Shown here in pieces: positions 9,185 to 20,400 of a DNA stretch of 28,719 nucleotides (positions within the stretch are counted from its first letter, which is position 1; each line of letters starts with the position of its first letter). A program made the position numbers and the translations under genes. The notes under the pieces are model-generated. The model worked only from the letters and a program-made list of their open reading frames with translations, made no database searches and had not been told where the DNA came from. This stretch comes from Verrucomicrobiales bacterium (lineage in GTDB: Bacteria > Verrucomicrobiota > Verrucomicrobiia > Verrucomicrobiales > V1-33). The stretch is taken from NCBI GenBank assembly GCA_031411295.1, contig JANOAV010000036.1, positions 1 through 28,719 of the forward strand, written 5' to 3'.

Positions 9185-11647
9185 TCAGGGTGCCAGCACC
9201 GTCTGCCGCAACGTCCCGGAAGTCACCCCCAACTGCGAACGGGCCTTCAGGTCGCTCCAAAGCTCCTCCGGCGCAATGGTGCCGGCCAGCAGGCCGCGAT
9301 ATAATTCCAACATGTGGTGCACCTGCGCTGGGGTCTCTTCCAAGAGTTCCAGACGGAAATTCGTTAATCCTGCCTGCCGGAAGGCTTCGTAATATTTGGC
9401 TCCGGTCTGGGCCTTGGCGTTGAAGAGCGTGTTACGGCAACCCACATCCGCCTTCAACGGATGCTCCTGCCCCACGCGATCCCGCAATTTTACGCTGTGT
9501 TTCTCGCACGGGCGACCGCAGTCGAGGAACGTTTTGCCTTCGCTCATGAAGGCGGCAAACACGCAGTGCTCCATGTGAAACATCGGCATGTGCTGGTGCA
9601 GAATCACTTCGAACCACTGCGGGGGAGCCGCGTTGATCAAGTCCAGCGCTTGTTCGGCATTGAGATCGCTGGAGATGGCCAGGCGATGAAGCCCTTGTTG
9701 GATCAGGAAATTTGCGGTGAGCGGATTGGCGACATTTAATGAGAAATCGCCATGCAGCAGGAATGGCTCGGACTTGAAGAAGGCCAGCGATCCCAAGTTG
9801 CGCAGGAGAATCCCATGCGGTTCCGCCCGGGCGATGAGTTTGAAGAATCCTTCCTCCGCAGGTTTCTGAATCCGTGGCGTGGCCAGGAAAATTTGGATCT
9901 CAGGACACTCGCGCGCCATGGCCACCGCCTCAGGATATTTGCGGATGTCTTCAAAGTCCACGTAGATGGTGCCAATGCGCTCGCTCAGGGCCATGGCCAC
10001 TTGATCCAGCGTGCGGCAGAGCAGGGAAACGTTTGGCTCTGGGGCAGTCTCGCGCGGGAGGGCGGCTAGTTTTCCTAACTCCTCCGCCATCAACCCGGTC
10101 ACAGCGGGCGCACGCGGGGTTTGCAGTGGCAACTCCAACTGCGCCAGCAGACTCCGTCGCATCTGATTGAGTTCACTGGCAGGCAAGATCACGGCATCGG
10201 TTAGTTGGTTCTCCAACGACGCCAACTCCCATGGAGTGCCGCCTAGTTTGCTCAATTGCTCCGTGAGGTATTCGGTCGTGAGCGGTCGCTTCTCGGCTGC
10301 TTGCAGTGGGACCGTGGAGTCCACACTAATCAGCACTTCGCCTGCTTCATTCAATGCGGCTAGGGTTAAATCCCCGCCCAGCGCTCCGGAAATACGAGCA
10401 CGCAGTTGCCGATGTTTCCGCACGGGAATCGTGCCTTTGAAGCTGGCGCGGAGTTGCTTATCCAGGAAGGGATCGCTGGTCTTCCACACGCGCGTGCCAG
10501 GTGGGATGGCGCGGGGATTCAGCTTGCCGCGTTGAAAGCCCAACCACTTGTCATGGATATCGAACACAAATCCACCCTGCTCGTGATTCGTGTCTTCTCC
10601 GGTATCGAAAACCACCCCATCGCCCGGTTGCAGCGCCACCGCAAAGTTGTCCAACTCCACCGCATCCGGCTCCACATGGCGCACAAAGCCCAGGAAGGCT
10701 CCGCGTTTCTTGCCGTAGCGGGCACCCACCAGTTCCTGATGGTTCACCCCATGCATCCAGCCAGAAAACAGGCCGCGCGAGAAGGTCATTTCCAGCGAGT
10801 AGTGGTCTTCCGCTGTCACAGGCGAAGGCTGCGCAGCCACTGCGGCATCGATGGCCTTGCGATACACGCGAGTCACCGCTGCAACGTATTCCGGGCTCTT
10901 CAAGCGACCTTCAATCTTGAAACTGCAAATCCCCAACTCAATCAGACGGGGAATTTCCGCCACGGCAGATAAATCCTGCGGAGACAGTAAATAACGTCGA
11001 TCACCCAGATCTTGCAGCTCTCCATCCACGATAATTTCATACGGCATGCGACACGCCTGGGCACACTCACCCCGGTTCGCGCTGCGCTGGCCCAGACTCT
11101 CGCTGGTCAGACACTGCCCGGAATAGGCCACGCACAAGGCCCCATGCACGAACACTTCTAAGGGAACCGTCGTTTCCTTGAAACGTTCCAAATCTCGCAA
11201 ACTCAGTTCCCGGGCCAACACCGCCCGATCCAGCCCGAGTTGATTCGCAAATTCCAATGCTTCAGGCGAGGTAATCGTCATCTGCGTCGATGCATGCAGC
11301 GCGATGTCTGGCGCAATCCGCTTCACCATGCTAGCCAGCCCCAAGTCCTGCACGATCACCGCATCCACGCCTGCTTCCTGCAACAGCGCCAACTGCGCTT
11401 CGGCATCCGGGAGTTCCTTGGTAAACACCAGCGTGTTGAACGCCACCAAGCCGCGCACGCCATTGGCATGGAGAAATTTCATCAACTCCGGCAGGTCTTC
11501 CGCGGTAAAATTATCCGCGCGGAGTCGCGCATTGAACGCGGGCATGCCGAAGTAAATGGCATCTGCGCCATTGGCAACAGCGGCCCGGGCGCATTCCCAG
11601 TTTCCGGCGGGAGAGAGTAGTTCTAGTGGTTGACGAGTTTGCTTCAC
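9185..11647 (-). CDS. Peptidase U32 family Fe-S protein with DUF3656-like region (RlhA-type RNA hydroxylase candidate)
   Basis: ELLSPAG, GADAIYFG, HASTQ, EVFVHGALCVAYSGQC, NRGECAQACR, KIEGR, plus a second Cys cluster near the C-terminus. GTG start at 11647 is likely. Confidence 0.88.
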   Translation of the reverse strand: MKQTRQPLELLSPAGNWECARAAVANGADAIYFGMPAFNARLRADNFTAEDLPELMKFLHANGVRGLVAFNTLVFTKELPDAEAQLALLQEAGVDAVIVQDLGLASMVKRIAPDIALHASTQMTITSPEALEFANQLGLDRAVLARELSLRDLERFKETTVPLEVFVHGALCVAYSGQCLTSESLGQRSANRGECAQACRMPYEIIVDGELQDLGDRRYLLSPQDLSAVAEIPRLIELGICSFKIEGRLKSPEYVAAVTRVYRKAIDAAVAAQPSPVTAEDHYSLEMTFSRGLFSGWMHGVNHQELVGARYGKKRGAFLGFVRHVEPDAVELDNFAVALQPGDGVVFDTGEDTNHEQGGFVFDIHDKWLGFQRGKLNPRAIPPGTRVWKTSDPFLDKQLRASFKGTIPVRKHRQLRARISGALGGDLTLAALNEAGEVLISVDSTVPLQAAEKRPLTTEYLTEQLSKLGGTPWELASLENQLTDAVILPASELNQMRRSLLAQLELPLQTPRAPAVTGLMAEELGKLAALPRETAPEPNVSLLCRTLDQVAMALSERIGTIYVDFEDIRKYPEAVAMARECPEIQIFLATPRIQKPAEEGFFKLIARAEPHGILLRNLGSLAFFKSEPFLLHGDFSLNVANPLTANFLIQQGLHRLAISSDLNAEQALDLINAAPPQWFEVILHQHMPMFHMEHCVFAAFMSEGKTFLDCGRPCEKHSVKLRDRVGQEHPLKADVGCRNTLFNAKAQTGAKYYEAFRQAGLTNFRLELLEETPAQVHHMLELYRGLLAGTIAPEELWSDLKARSQLGVTSGTLRQTVLAP

Positions 11648-11734
11648 CCAGCACCGTGGCCGGGTTTTCCCAGGGATGCAAGAGGTGGTCCTTCCGAAGA
11701 TCAATCAAGAGCAACCATCTCAGGAGCGCGTCGA

Positions 11735-14700
11735 TCACTCCCGCGTAATCGCTTCATCCAAATTCAGGATCACATTGGCCGCCAGCGTGTAAGCTGCCAA
11801 CTCGGCAGTCACTGCGGCCGATTTCCGTTCGCCAAAGGACAGCAGTTTCGCAGCCTCCTCTGGGTGCGCTTCGTAATGCGCCAAGCGGCCGGCCAAACTC
11901 GTCGTCAGCACCTGCAACTCTTCCGCCCGTGGCTTGCGTGCCAGCAATTTCTCATAGACCCAAGTAATCCTGGCCTCTGGCGAACTTCCCCCGGCCGCTA
12001 GCATTTGTTCCGCCAGCACGCGAGCCGCCTCCACGAAGGTCACTTCGTTCAACAACGCCAGCGCTTGCAGCGGGGTGTTCGTCCGACTCCGTTTCAGGGT
12101 GCAAATGTCCCGCGTGGGGGCATCGAAGAGCTGTAACGTAGGCGGACCTGCGCTCCGCTTCCAAATGGTATAAAGTGTCCGCCGATACAGCCCCTCACCT
12201 TTTTCTGCCTGATAGTTCCGGAGATCTCCATAACGGCTAGTCTCATCCCACACCCCTTCCGGCATGTAGGGCCGCACACTGGGTCCGCCGATCTTATCCA
12301 CCAGCAAACCGGATACCGCCAACGCTTGATCCCGCAGCGTTTCGCCACTCAGACGCAAGCGGGGACCACGGGCCAGCAGGCGATTCTCCGGATCCTTTTC
12401 CAATAACTGCGGCTTGACCTTCGTCGCCTGACGGTAGGTGGCGCTTAGGAGCATCGTCTTTTGCAGCGCCTTCATATCCCAACCGAGACGGATAAATTCC
12501 GTGGCTAGCCAATCCAACAACTCCGGATGACTGGGCCATTCGGATTGCGATCCAAAGTTCTCCGATGTCTTGCACAGGCCGATACCAAAGAATTTCTCCC
12601 ACGTCCGATTCACCCAGACCCGGGCCGTCAACGGATGGTTAGGAGAAACGAGCCATTGCGCCAGGCCCAGCCGATTGTTGGGCGCGCCCGCTGGCAGCCC
12701 CGGCAGGAACTCGGGCAACTTGCGTTCCACCTTGTCGCCCGGAGCATCATACTGCCCGCGCTTGAGCAGGAAGGCATCGCGCGGCTTGTCCAGTTCCTTC
12801 ATCACCATGCTGGTGGGAATGTTCACATCTAGCGCAGACTTCTGCTTTTTGATTGCTTCCACCGTCGCCTTCGCTTCCGCATACGCCGGATATTGCTCTT
12901 GGTAGAAATCGTCCAATTTTGCCTTGTCGGGCTTGGTGCGTTTGCCCGCTGGCTTCGCCAAAATGGTGGCGATTTCTGCTGGCATTGGCACCACCTTGGG
13001 GGACGCGGTTAGCGCGAGTCGGAATTTCCCTAACGTGGCTCCAGAGCCATAATTTTGCAGCAACGTCAGCCCCACGATGGTGCCCACTGGAAGCTCCAAT
13101 GGCTTCTGCAACTCAAAGTCCGCGCTCTGCGCTTTCCCCACTTGAGGGTGGATGGCCCAGCCCGTTGCGGGATTGCCATCAAAGGCCTTGGGCGACTCCC
13201 AGTCCGGTTGATCGAACGTGGCATGCACCGCCTTGAACGGCACCTCTTTGCCCGCCACCACCACTTTCAATTCGGAAATGATCGGATTACCATTGGCGTG
13301 CCGACCCGGCCCTTTGCTGGGCAACCGATCATCCGGCAGCAACTCCAGTCGCACGGCGGTGGTCACAGGGGTTACGGTCTTGAAGGTCAGCGTGTAAGTG
13401 TCAGTAGCAGGGTGCGCTCCGCTGGCGAACACCACATCGTCCTCCAACTTCAATTCGGTGCCTTGGGCAGATTTCATCGTCTCCGGTTTGACCACTTTCC
13501 AGGCTGCGGCAGCCGCAACGTTGGCTGCCTGTTCCTTTTCCCAAGCGGCCTGGCTCGCTTGCGCCTGCTTCTCGGCGGCTTTCACTTTGGCTTCGGCGTC
13601 TTTCATGGCCTTGGCCAGTTCCGCTTGCTTCGCCACTTGGTCGGCGGGCGCTAACCGAATCAGCGGCTCCGTGTTGCGCGAGTCACCTTGGAGGATACCC
13701 GTCTCATCCACGCTGTTGAAATAGCCGAACATTTCGTAGAAATTCTTCTGACTGATCGGATCGTATTTATGGTCGTGACAGCGGCAGCAATTATACGTTA
13801 GCGCCATCCACGTCGAACACGTCGTTTCCACCCGATCAATCACCGTCTCGACGAACCACTCGGCGGCAATCAAGCCCCCCTCGCCATTCAAGCGGTGATT
13901 GCGATTAAACCCACTAGCCAGAATTTGATCCTGGGTGGCGTTGGGCAACAAGTCTCCGGCCAATTGCTGAATGGTGAATTGATCGAAGGGCAAATTTTCA
14001 TTGAATGCCTTAATCACCCAATCCCGCCACGGCCACATTTGGCGACTGCCATCGGCCTGAAAACCATTACTATCGGCAAATCGGGCGATATCCAACCATG
14101 GCATCGCCATCCGTTCACCATAACGGGGCGAGGCCAGCAAGCGATCGACCACCTTCTCAAAGGCATTAGGGGCGGTGTCGGCCAGAAACGCTGAGACCTC
14201 CTCCGCCGTGGGCGGCAGGCCGATCAAGTCCAACGTCACGCGACGAATCAACGTTGCTTTATCCGCCTCCGCAGCGGGCGTCAGCCCCTCCTGCTGCAAT
14301 CGTTGCCGGATGAAAGCATCGATCGGGTTGGCGACTGGTGGTTCGGCCGCTGGAACTGTCGGGCGCACTGGCGGAATGAAGGCCCAATGGCCCCGGTATT
14401 CTGCGCCTTCCTTAATCCAGCGGCGTAAAATTTCCACTTGTTCCGGCTTCAATTTTGGCTTCGCGGACTCTTTGGGAGGCATGGCCTCGTCTTCATCCGT
14501 GGACATGATTCGCTTGATCATCGCGCTTTCATCCGGCTTCCCGACGACGATGGCAGGACCGTCGGACTTGCCGCCTTTGATTGCGGCAGCATGGGAATCC
14601 AAACGCAGATCACCCTTGATCTTCTTGTCATCCGGCCCGTGGCAGGCGAAGCAATTGTCCGACAAGATGGGGCGGACGTCCTTGTTAAAATCTAGTTTCT

Positions 14701-14782
14701 CCACAGCGTGGACTGAGCCCAGCGTGGTGCTTAGCAGCAACGAGAGAACCAGAGGGAAGATAAAGCGGTGGGAAAACGGCAT
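11735..14782 (-). CDS. Planctomycete-type cytochrome c protein (PSCyt1 + DUF1549 + DUF1553/PSD1)
   Basis: Signal peptide, DFNKDVRPILSDNCFACHG, HWAFIPP, NPIDAFI, LIRRVTLDLIGLPP, CCRCHDHKYDP, NRLGLAQWL, TNTPLQAL, ILNLDEAITRE. Confidence 0.95.
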   Translation of the reverse strand: MPFSHRFIFPLVLSLLLSTTLGSVHAVEKLDFNKDVRPILSDNCFACHGPDDKKIKGDLRLDSHAAAIKGGKSDGPAIVVGKPDESAMIKRIMSTDEDEAMPPKESAKPKLKPEQVEILRRWIKEGAEYRGHWAFIPPVRPTVPAAEPPVANPIDAFIRQRLQQEGLTPAAEADKATLIRRVTLDLIGLPPTAEEVSAFLADTAPNAFEKVVDRLLASPRYGERMAMPWLDIARFADSNGFQADGSRQMWPWRDWVIKAFNENLPFDQFTIQQLAGDLLPNATQDQILASGFNRNHRLNGEGGLIAAEWFVETVIDRVETTCSTWMALTYNCCRCHDHKYDPISQKNFYEMFGYFNSVDETGILQGDSRNTEPLIRLAPADQVAKQAELAKAMKDAEAKVKAAEKQAQASQAAWEKEQAANVAAAAAWKVVKPETMKSAQGTELKLEDDVVFASGAHPATDTYTLTFKTVTPVTTAVRLELLPDDRLPSKGPGRHANGNPIISELKVVVAGKEVPFKAVHATFDQPDWESPKAFDGNPATGWAIHPQVGKAQSADFELQKPLELPVGTIVGLTLLQNYGSGATLGKFRLALTASPKVVPMPAEIATILAKPAGKRTKPDKAKLDDFYQEQYPAYAEAKATVEAIKKQKSALDVNIPTSMVMKELDKPRDAFLLKRGQYDAPGDKVERKLPEFLPGLPAGAPNNRLGLAQWLVSPNHPLTARVWVNRTWEKFFGIGLCKTSENFGSQSEWPSHPELLDWLATEFIRLGWDMKALQKTMLLSATYRQATKVKPQLLEKDPENRLLARGPRLRLSGETLRDQALAVSGLLVDKIGGPSVRPYMPEGVWDETSRYGDLRNYQAEKGEGLYRRTLYTIWKRSAGPPTLQLFDAPTRDICTLKRSRTNTPLQALALLNEVTFVEAARVLAEQMLAAGGSSPEARITWVYEKLLARKPRAEELQVLTTSLAGRLAHYEAHPEEAAKLLSFGERKSAAVTAELAAYTLAANVILNLDEAITRE

Positions 14783-14977
14783 AGAACCTTTGTGTCTACC
14801 AAGCTTTCCCCAGAAAATAAACCCGCATGAAGATGCGCTTTCCCCACAAATGCGGACGAAATCGAGGAACTCCGCGCAATTTCCTAAAAATCATCTAAGG
14901 AGTCGATGCTAATTTGCGTTCCAGCGAGGGTGGACAGAATCCCCGGCCTCGACTAGTCTCTGCCCCATCTTACATTC

Positions 14978-15820
14978 ATGACCATTCTCCATCATCTTTT
15001 ACTCCTCGGGACCGTGGCGTCTTGCGCCTGCGCCCAGGCCCCTGCTGTGCCTGCGCCAAGCGATCCAGCGCCCCCAGTCATTATCCCCAAAAATGAATCG
15101 GTCACGGCAGAGGAGGATCCCGCCAAGCCCAAGCCGTTGGACCCGGAGGAACTGAAGAAGTCCATCAAGAAACTTTCCGACCACGAATACCAGTTGGGGG
15201 AAATGCTCTTGGACACCAAGACCAAGGAACTTCGTTTCCCCGCCATGGTCAAAATCGTCAAAGGTCCGCTGGAATACCTCATTGTGCATGAAACTGGCAG
15301 CGCCCACGAGGCGCTCTTCACCACTAAAGTCACTCCCTTTGAAATCAACGTGGCGCTGCTGCTACTGGGCTACAAACCTTGCGAGACGTTCTTTTTCAAG
15401 AAGGATCCCGAAGCGTTTCCGCAGGCGGTGTTGAATCCTGAAATCGGCCCGGACGCGGCCTTTAATGTGTTGGTCGAGTGGAAGGACGAGAAAGGCAAAG
15501 TAACCAAAAATCATGCGGAAGATTGGATCTTCAACTTGGCCACGGAGAAAACGGTAACCGCCGGAGCATGGGTCTATAATGCCTCCTTTCTCACGCCAGA
15601 AAAGCAACTGGCCGCGCAATTATCAGGCAACGTCATCTCGCTCTACATCGATCCCGTGGCCCTGGCGAATAATCCCCGGAAGGGCAACGATAACGATGAT
15701 ATCTGGGATAGCCGTCCCGCCCTGAAGACGACCGAAACCCCCGTCACCCTCATTTTCCAAAAATCCGCCGTGCCCACGAAAGACGACGTAAAACCTGCTA
15801 AACCCTCCTCCAAAAAATAA
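14978..15820 (+). CDS. YdjY-domain exported protein / lipoprotein
   Basis: Signal peptide with VASC, Pro-rich linker, then FPAMV..GPLEYLIV..GSAHEALF..INVALLLLG..WVYNAS..GNVISLYID. Confidence 0.7.
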   Translation: MTILHHLLLLGTVASCACAQAPAVPAPSDPAPPVIIPKNESVTAEEDPAKPKPLDPEELKKSIKKLSDHEYQLGEMLLDTKTKELRFPAMVKIVKGPLEYLIVHETGSAHEALFTTKVTPFEINVALLLLGYKPCETFFFKKDPEAFPQAVLNPEIGPDAAFNVLVEWKDEKGKVTKNHAEDWIFNLATEKTVTAGAWVYNASFLTPEKQLAAQLSGNVISLYIDPVALANNPRKGNDNDDIWDSRPALKTTETPVTLIFQKSAVPTKDDVKPAKPSSKK

Positions 15821-15825
15821 CCCCC

Positions 15826-17013
15826 ATGAACCGCCTCAACTTCCTCCGTTCCTGTCTTGCCACCTCCCTGGTCACCCTAGCCGTGCCCTCCCTGCGGGCG
15901 GAAGATACGTCCTTGAAAAACGAGGTCGTAGCCTCCCTGCAAAAAGGACTCGGTTTCCTCAAAAGCAAACAATTGGACACCGGGGCCTGGGGAGACCCTG
16001 CCGTGCCCGGCCCACAACCAGCCATTACGGCACTCAATTTGATGTGTTTGCTGGGCGAACCAGGGCGGGATCGGACGACGCTTTCGCCAGCGGCCACCAA
16101 GGCCATCGCCTACCTGCTGGCGACCCAGAAGGAGGACGGCGGCATTTATGTTGAAAAAACGTTGGCCACTTACAGCACCTCCCTGGCCTTGACCGCACTG
16201 AGCCTCTGCCCGCTGGATGAGAAATCCCGCCAAGCCGCCCTCAAGGCCCGCCGCTTCGTGGTCGGCCTGCAAAGTAATTTCGACGACAAAGCCCAACCCG
16301 CCAAGGACGGCACCTTTGATAGTCCTTATAATGGTGGCATCGGCTATACCTCCAAGACCGCCTACTCGGATCTCTCGAACACGCATTTCGCCTTGGAGGC
16401 CCTCTACTACTCCAAGAATCTGTTCGCGGACAGCCCTGCCGCTGAGGCTTCCGAAACGAAATTGGACTTTGATGCCGCCATCAAATTCGTCTCCCGCTGC
16501 CAGAATCTGAAAGGCAGCAATGACCAACCCTGGGTCAGCGAGGACGAGCAAAACAAAGGCGGCTTCGTTTACCGTCCCGGTGAAAGCAAGGCCGACCCGG
16601 TGAAACTGCCCGATGGCAAAGAAGCCCTGCGTTCCTATGCCTCCATGAGCTATGCTGGTCTGCTCAGCCTCATTTACGCGGATATGAAACCCACCGATGC
16701 CCGTATCACGTCCGTGAAAACATGGCTCGCCAAAAACTATTCCGTGACCGAGAACCCCGGCATGGGGGCGCAAGGGTTGTATTACTATTACCACACCATG
16801 GCCAAGGCGCTGACAATCTCCAAAATCGATGAACTAACCCTGCCGGACGGAAAGAAGGTCAACTGGCGCAAAGACCTCTCGCAGGCTCTCTTCAATGCCC
16901 AGAAGTCCGACGGTTCCTGGCTCAACGACAACGCCCGCTGGATGGAAAAAGATCCGATCCTCTCCACCGCCTACTCCTGTCTCACCCTCGCCCACATTTC
17001 CCAAGGTCTCTGA
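15826..17013 (+). CDS. Exported prenyltransferase/squalene-oxidase-repeat (alpha/alpha toroid) protein
   Basis: QW-like repeats KQLDTGAW, TQKEDGGI, AQKSDGSW, plus GGIGY, SDLSNT, GGFVY and YYYYHT; N-terminal signal peptide. Confidence 0.85.
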   Translation: MNRLNFLRSCLATSLVTLAVPSLRAEDTSLKNEVVASLQKGLGFLKSKQLDTGAWGDPAVPGPQPAITALNLMCLLGEPGRDRTTLSPAATKAIAYLLATQKEDGGIYVEKTLATYSTSLALTALSLCPLDEKSRQAALKARRFVVGLQSNFDDKAQPAKDGTFDSPYNGGIGYTSKTAYSDLSNTHFALEALYYSKNLFADSPAAEASETKLDFDAAIKFVSRCQNLKGSNDQPWVSEDEQNKGGFVYRPGESKADPVKLPDGKEALRSYASMSYAGLLSLIYADMKPTDARITSVKTWLAKNYSVTENPGMGAQGLYYYYHTMAKALTISKIDELTLPDGKKVNWRKDLSQALFNAQKSDGSWLNDNARWMEKDPILSTAYSCLTLAHISQGL

Positions 17014-17213
17014 TGGAAATCATTCTCAATGGCAGACCGCATCGACTCCACGAAGCCAAGATCGTAGCGGATTTCCTCGTCGAACTCGGCTTTGCCGGGC
17101 GGCCCGTCCTCGTGGAGATCAACCACCAGGCGCTCCTCGCCAGCGAACACGCCAGCACCGTGCTCAAGCAAGGCGATGCCGTCGAGGTCATCCAAATCGT
17201 AGCGGGCGGGTAA
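17013..17213 (+). CDS. thiS: Sulfur carrier protein ThiS
   Basis: 66 aa; IILNG..VEIN..LKQGDAVEVIQIVAGG with C-terminal GG. TGATG overlap with the upstream gene. Confidence 0.93.
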   Translation: MEIILNGRPHRLHEAKIVADFLVELGFAGRPVLVEINHQALLASEHASTVLKQGDAVEVIQIVAGG

Positions 17214-17401
17214 TTTAGAGCATCGGAATATTGGGCGACCTACGCTCTTGAAATTCTGGCATTTACCACTCCTACATGTGGCTTCAGCCAGAGCGCGAAA
17301 CCGGGTCGTCTGCCAGGCGCAGCAGACTTGACCCGGGGCGGAATCTCGTTCCTAGTGGGCGGTTCTTCCCCGCTTTTTCTCCCGCTATTTTGCCAACCTC
17401 T

Positions 17402-20400
17402 ATGACCGCGCCTCAGCTTTCGATTTTCGCCCTCCTCCTCGGGGTTTTCACTGTGCTTGCCTGGTGGCTTGGCCGTCGGCAGGGACGCAGCGCACCCCCA
17501 GCCCAGCTTACCAGCCCGTCCCAGCCCCTCACCCCAAAGCTCCCCGAAGCCCCACCGGCCGCCCCCTCTGAATCCCCCAGCCCGAGCCACGCCACTCCCG
17601 AGGAATTCCTCCATCAGCGCCTGGCGCAAGCCGCTGCGGACATGGTCATTCCGCTGGAAACGTTCTTTTCCTGCGGAGTCGAGCTGAACCTAAAGACCGC
17701 CTCATTAACTCAGGACTTGCTGCAACAGTTCCCCGAGCCAGACCGGGAAATTTTGCTGGACCTCCAAGGGAACCCGACTCCATCAGCCGTCGCGAAGTTG
17801 GCTACCGCTTCCGGCCGATCCCTCTCCGACCTCACCTCCCTGCGGCAGCAATTTCAAGCCGCTGCGGCCACCGCTCTGCTGCCAAAAATCAAAGCCGGGC
17901 TTGGCAAGGAACCCGAACCCATCCCCAGCGCCTCCCTCACACCTACTGGCAAACCCAGCGGCTTCACGGAGCGACTCCGCCTCTCCACCGAGTCCGAGCA
18001 AGTGGCCCGCTGGCGCAAACTGCATGAAGAAGTCACCAACGAGTTGGAGAAACTGACCAGCACCCACGTCCCCAAGACGCGGCTCGACAGCCTGCAGGAC
18101 GAATACACCCAGCAGCGCCAAGTCCAAGCCAAGCTGGCGCAAACGATCGCAGAACTCCAAGCGGAACTGGCCCAGGCGCGTTCCGAGGTGGCCGCCCTGC
18201 CGCTGCAAGAACTCAGCGATCTCCGCGCCAAAGTCACGGCCCAACAGGATGCTGCCAATCAGTTAGAATCCAGCCTCACAGAAATGCAAATGGCCCTGAC
18301 CGAGGCCTCGAGCGCGACCAGTGAAGCCACCCAGTTACAGGCGGCCTTGCAACAATCACAGGCTCGGGAAACGGAACTAAAATCACATCTGGCCGAAGCT
18401 GAGCGTAAACTTTCCCAGCTCCAGGAAACGATCTCCTCCCACACCGCCGCGCTGGCAGCCGCCCGGGAGGAGACCCCAGCCCATGCTGCGGAATCCCTGC
18501 TGGCGCTGCAGGCCCGTCTGACGGAAGCCGAGGCCCAAGCGCAGCAAAGCACGCAGGCGTCGGAAGTCGTGCGTGAATTGGAAGCGAAAGCGCAGGAGCT
18601 GAGCACCCAATTGGCGGAAATTTCCCAGACCCACGTGCCTCAGAGCCACCTGACTAACTTGCAATTGGAGTTTGCCGCCAAGCATGCAGCGCATCAGGAA
18701 CTCAGTGCCCAAGCCGCCAGCAAGGCCGAAGAGCTGGCCAGCCTGCAACAGGAACTGGACGGAGCCAACGCCGCCTTGGCTGAACTCACGCGAGCCCAAG
18801 GCAGCGTAGCGCGAGTTCACGAAGAACTGGAATTGGCTGAAGCGGAAGCACGCGAAGCCCGGGAAAGTGCCGCCCATTTCCAAGCCGAAGCAAGCACTCT
18901 GGAAACCAAACTGGCAGCTTTGGAAGAAGCCCGCTCCGGAGCAGATGAGGAACTGGAGAACCTGCGGGACCAATTGCAGGAAGCCAAGGAACGCACCGCC
19001 GAGATCGAAGCCGAACTCACGGAACTGCGCGCCACGCCAACGGGCCCCAGCGAAAGCGAGTTGGAAGAACTCACCATGCTGCGCACTCAGTTGGCCGAGG
19101 CGGAGGCCAAGCTGGCCGAAGCGGAAGCCCACGATAGTGCTGCCCAATTCCAAGCCGAAGCCAGCGTGCTGGAAACCAAACTAGCAGCTTTGGAGGAAGC
19201 CCGGGCCGGTGCGGATCAAGAACTGGAGAATCGACGGAACGAACTGCAGGAAGCCAAGGAACGCACCGCCGAAATCGCAGCCGAACTCACGGAACTGCGC
19301 GCCACGCCAACGGGCCCCAGCGAAAGCGAGTTGGCAGAACTCAGCATGCTGCACACTCAGTTGGCAGAAGCCGAGGCCAAGCTGGCCCAAGTCGCAGAAA
19401 GTTTGCAAGCCGCCGAAGCCAAAGCCACTGACTTCGCTCAAGCAGAGCAAGCCGCGCGCGCAGCGGAGGCCACTGCCGCCCAACTCGAAATCGAATTGGC
19501 CGCAGCCAAAACCGCCCTCGAAGCCGCTCAAGCTGAACGCGAACTCGCCCTGACCCAGCACGCGGAACTAGCCACCCAGGCCAGTTCCATGGTGCCCCAG
19601 AGCCACCTCACGAATTTGCAGATGGAGTTTGCCGCCAAGCACACCGCCCATCAGGAAGCCTCCGCCGCAGCGGCGGCAGCAGCCGAAGAGATCGCCAGTC
19701 TGCGCCAGGAATTGGATGAAGCCAACCACGCCCTGGCCGAACTCACCCGCGGTCAGGCCAGCGTTTCCCAGCTCACAGAGGACATGGAAATCGCTGAAGC
19801 CGAAGCCAGGGAAGCCCGCGAGAATGCTGCGCTCTATGCCCAGGAAGTTTCCGCGCTGGAAGCCAAACTTGCCGCCCTCCAAGAGGCTCAAACCACGAGT
19901 GATCAAGATTTGGATGCTCTGCGCGAAGACCTGGCCGAAGCCCTGCAACGCAATGAAGCCATCGAAGCCGAGTTGCAGGACCTGCGTTCCGCTCCAGCGG
20001 CCACCAACGAGGCCGAGCAGGAGGAAACGCAACTGCTGTGTCATCGCTTGGAGGAAGCCGAAGCTCATGTCGCGCGGCTGACGGAAACTTTGACGACCTT
20101 GCAAAATGCGGAACCGGCCAAGCCCGCCGACGAAGCTTACACGGATCTCGAACAAGAACTTCGCATCACCCGGGAATCCCAGATGAAGTTAGCGGCGGAA
20201 TTGGCGGAAATGAAAGCGGCCCAGGCAGACGTCCCCGAGGATCACGAAGCCGTGCTGGCGGAACTCCGCACCCTGCAAGGTCAGGTGACCGCAGCCGAAG
20301 CCTCACGCGATGCCGCCGAGCAAGCCACCACCACCGTGCAGGAAGCGCTGGCGAAGCTGAAGGCCGACATCGAAGCCCAAAGACAAGCCACCGTGGCGCG

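Noticed and set aside
400..11647. Ribosome-themed cluster (typA, bL19-like, RlhA-like)
   Set aside because: The genes are on different strands and separated by unrelated genes, so the proximity is probably coincidental.
15877..16794. 305-aa minus-strand ORF
   Set aside because: Antisense to the prenyltransferase-repeat gene; expected in GC-rich coding DNA.
15826..17013. Squalene-hopene cyclase call and a Tat signal
   Set aside because: Only 395 aa with no DxDD motif. The N-terminus NRLNFL has a single Arg, so Tat export is not supported.
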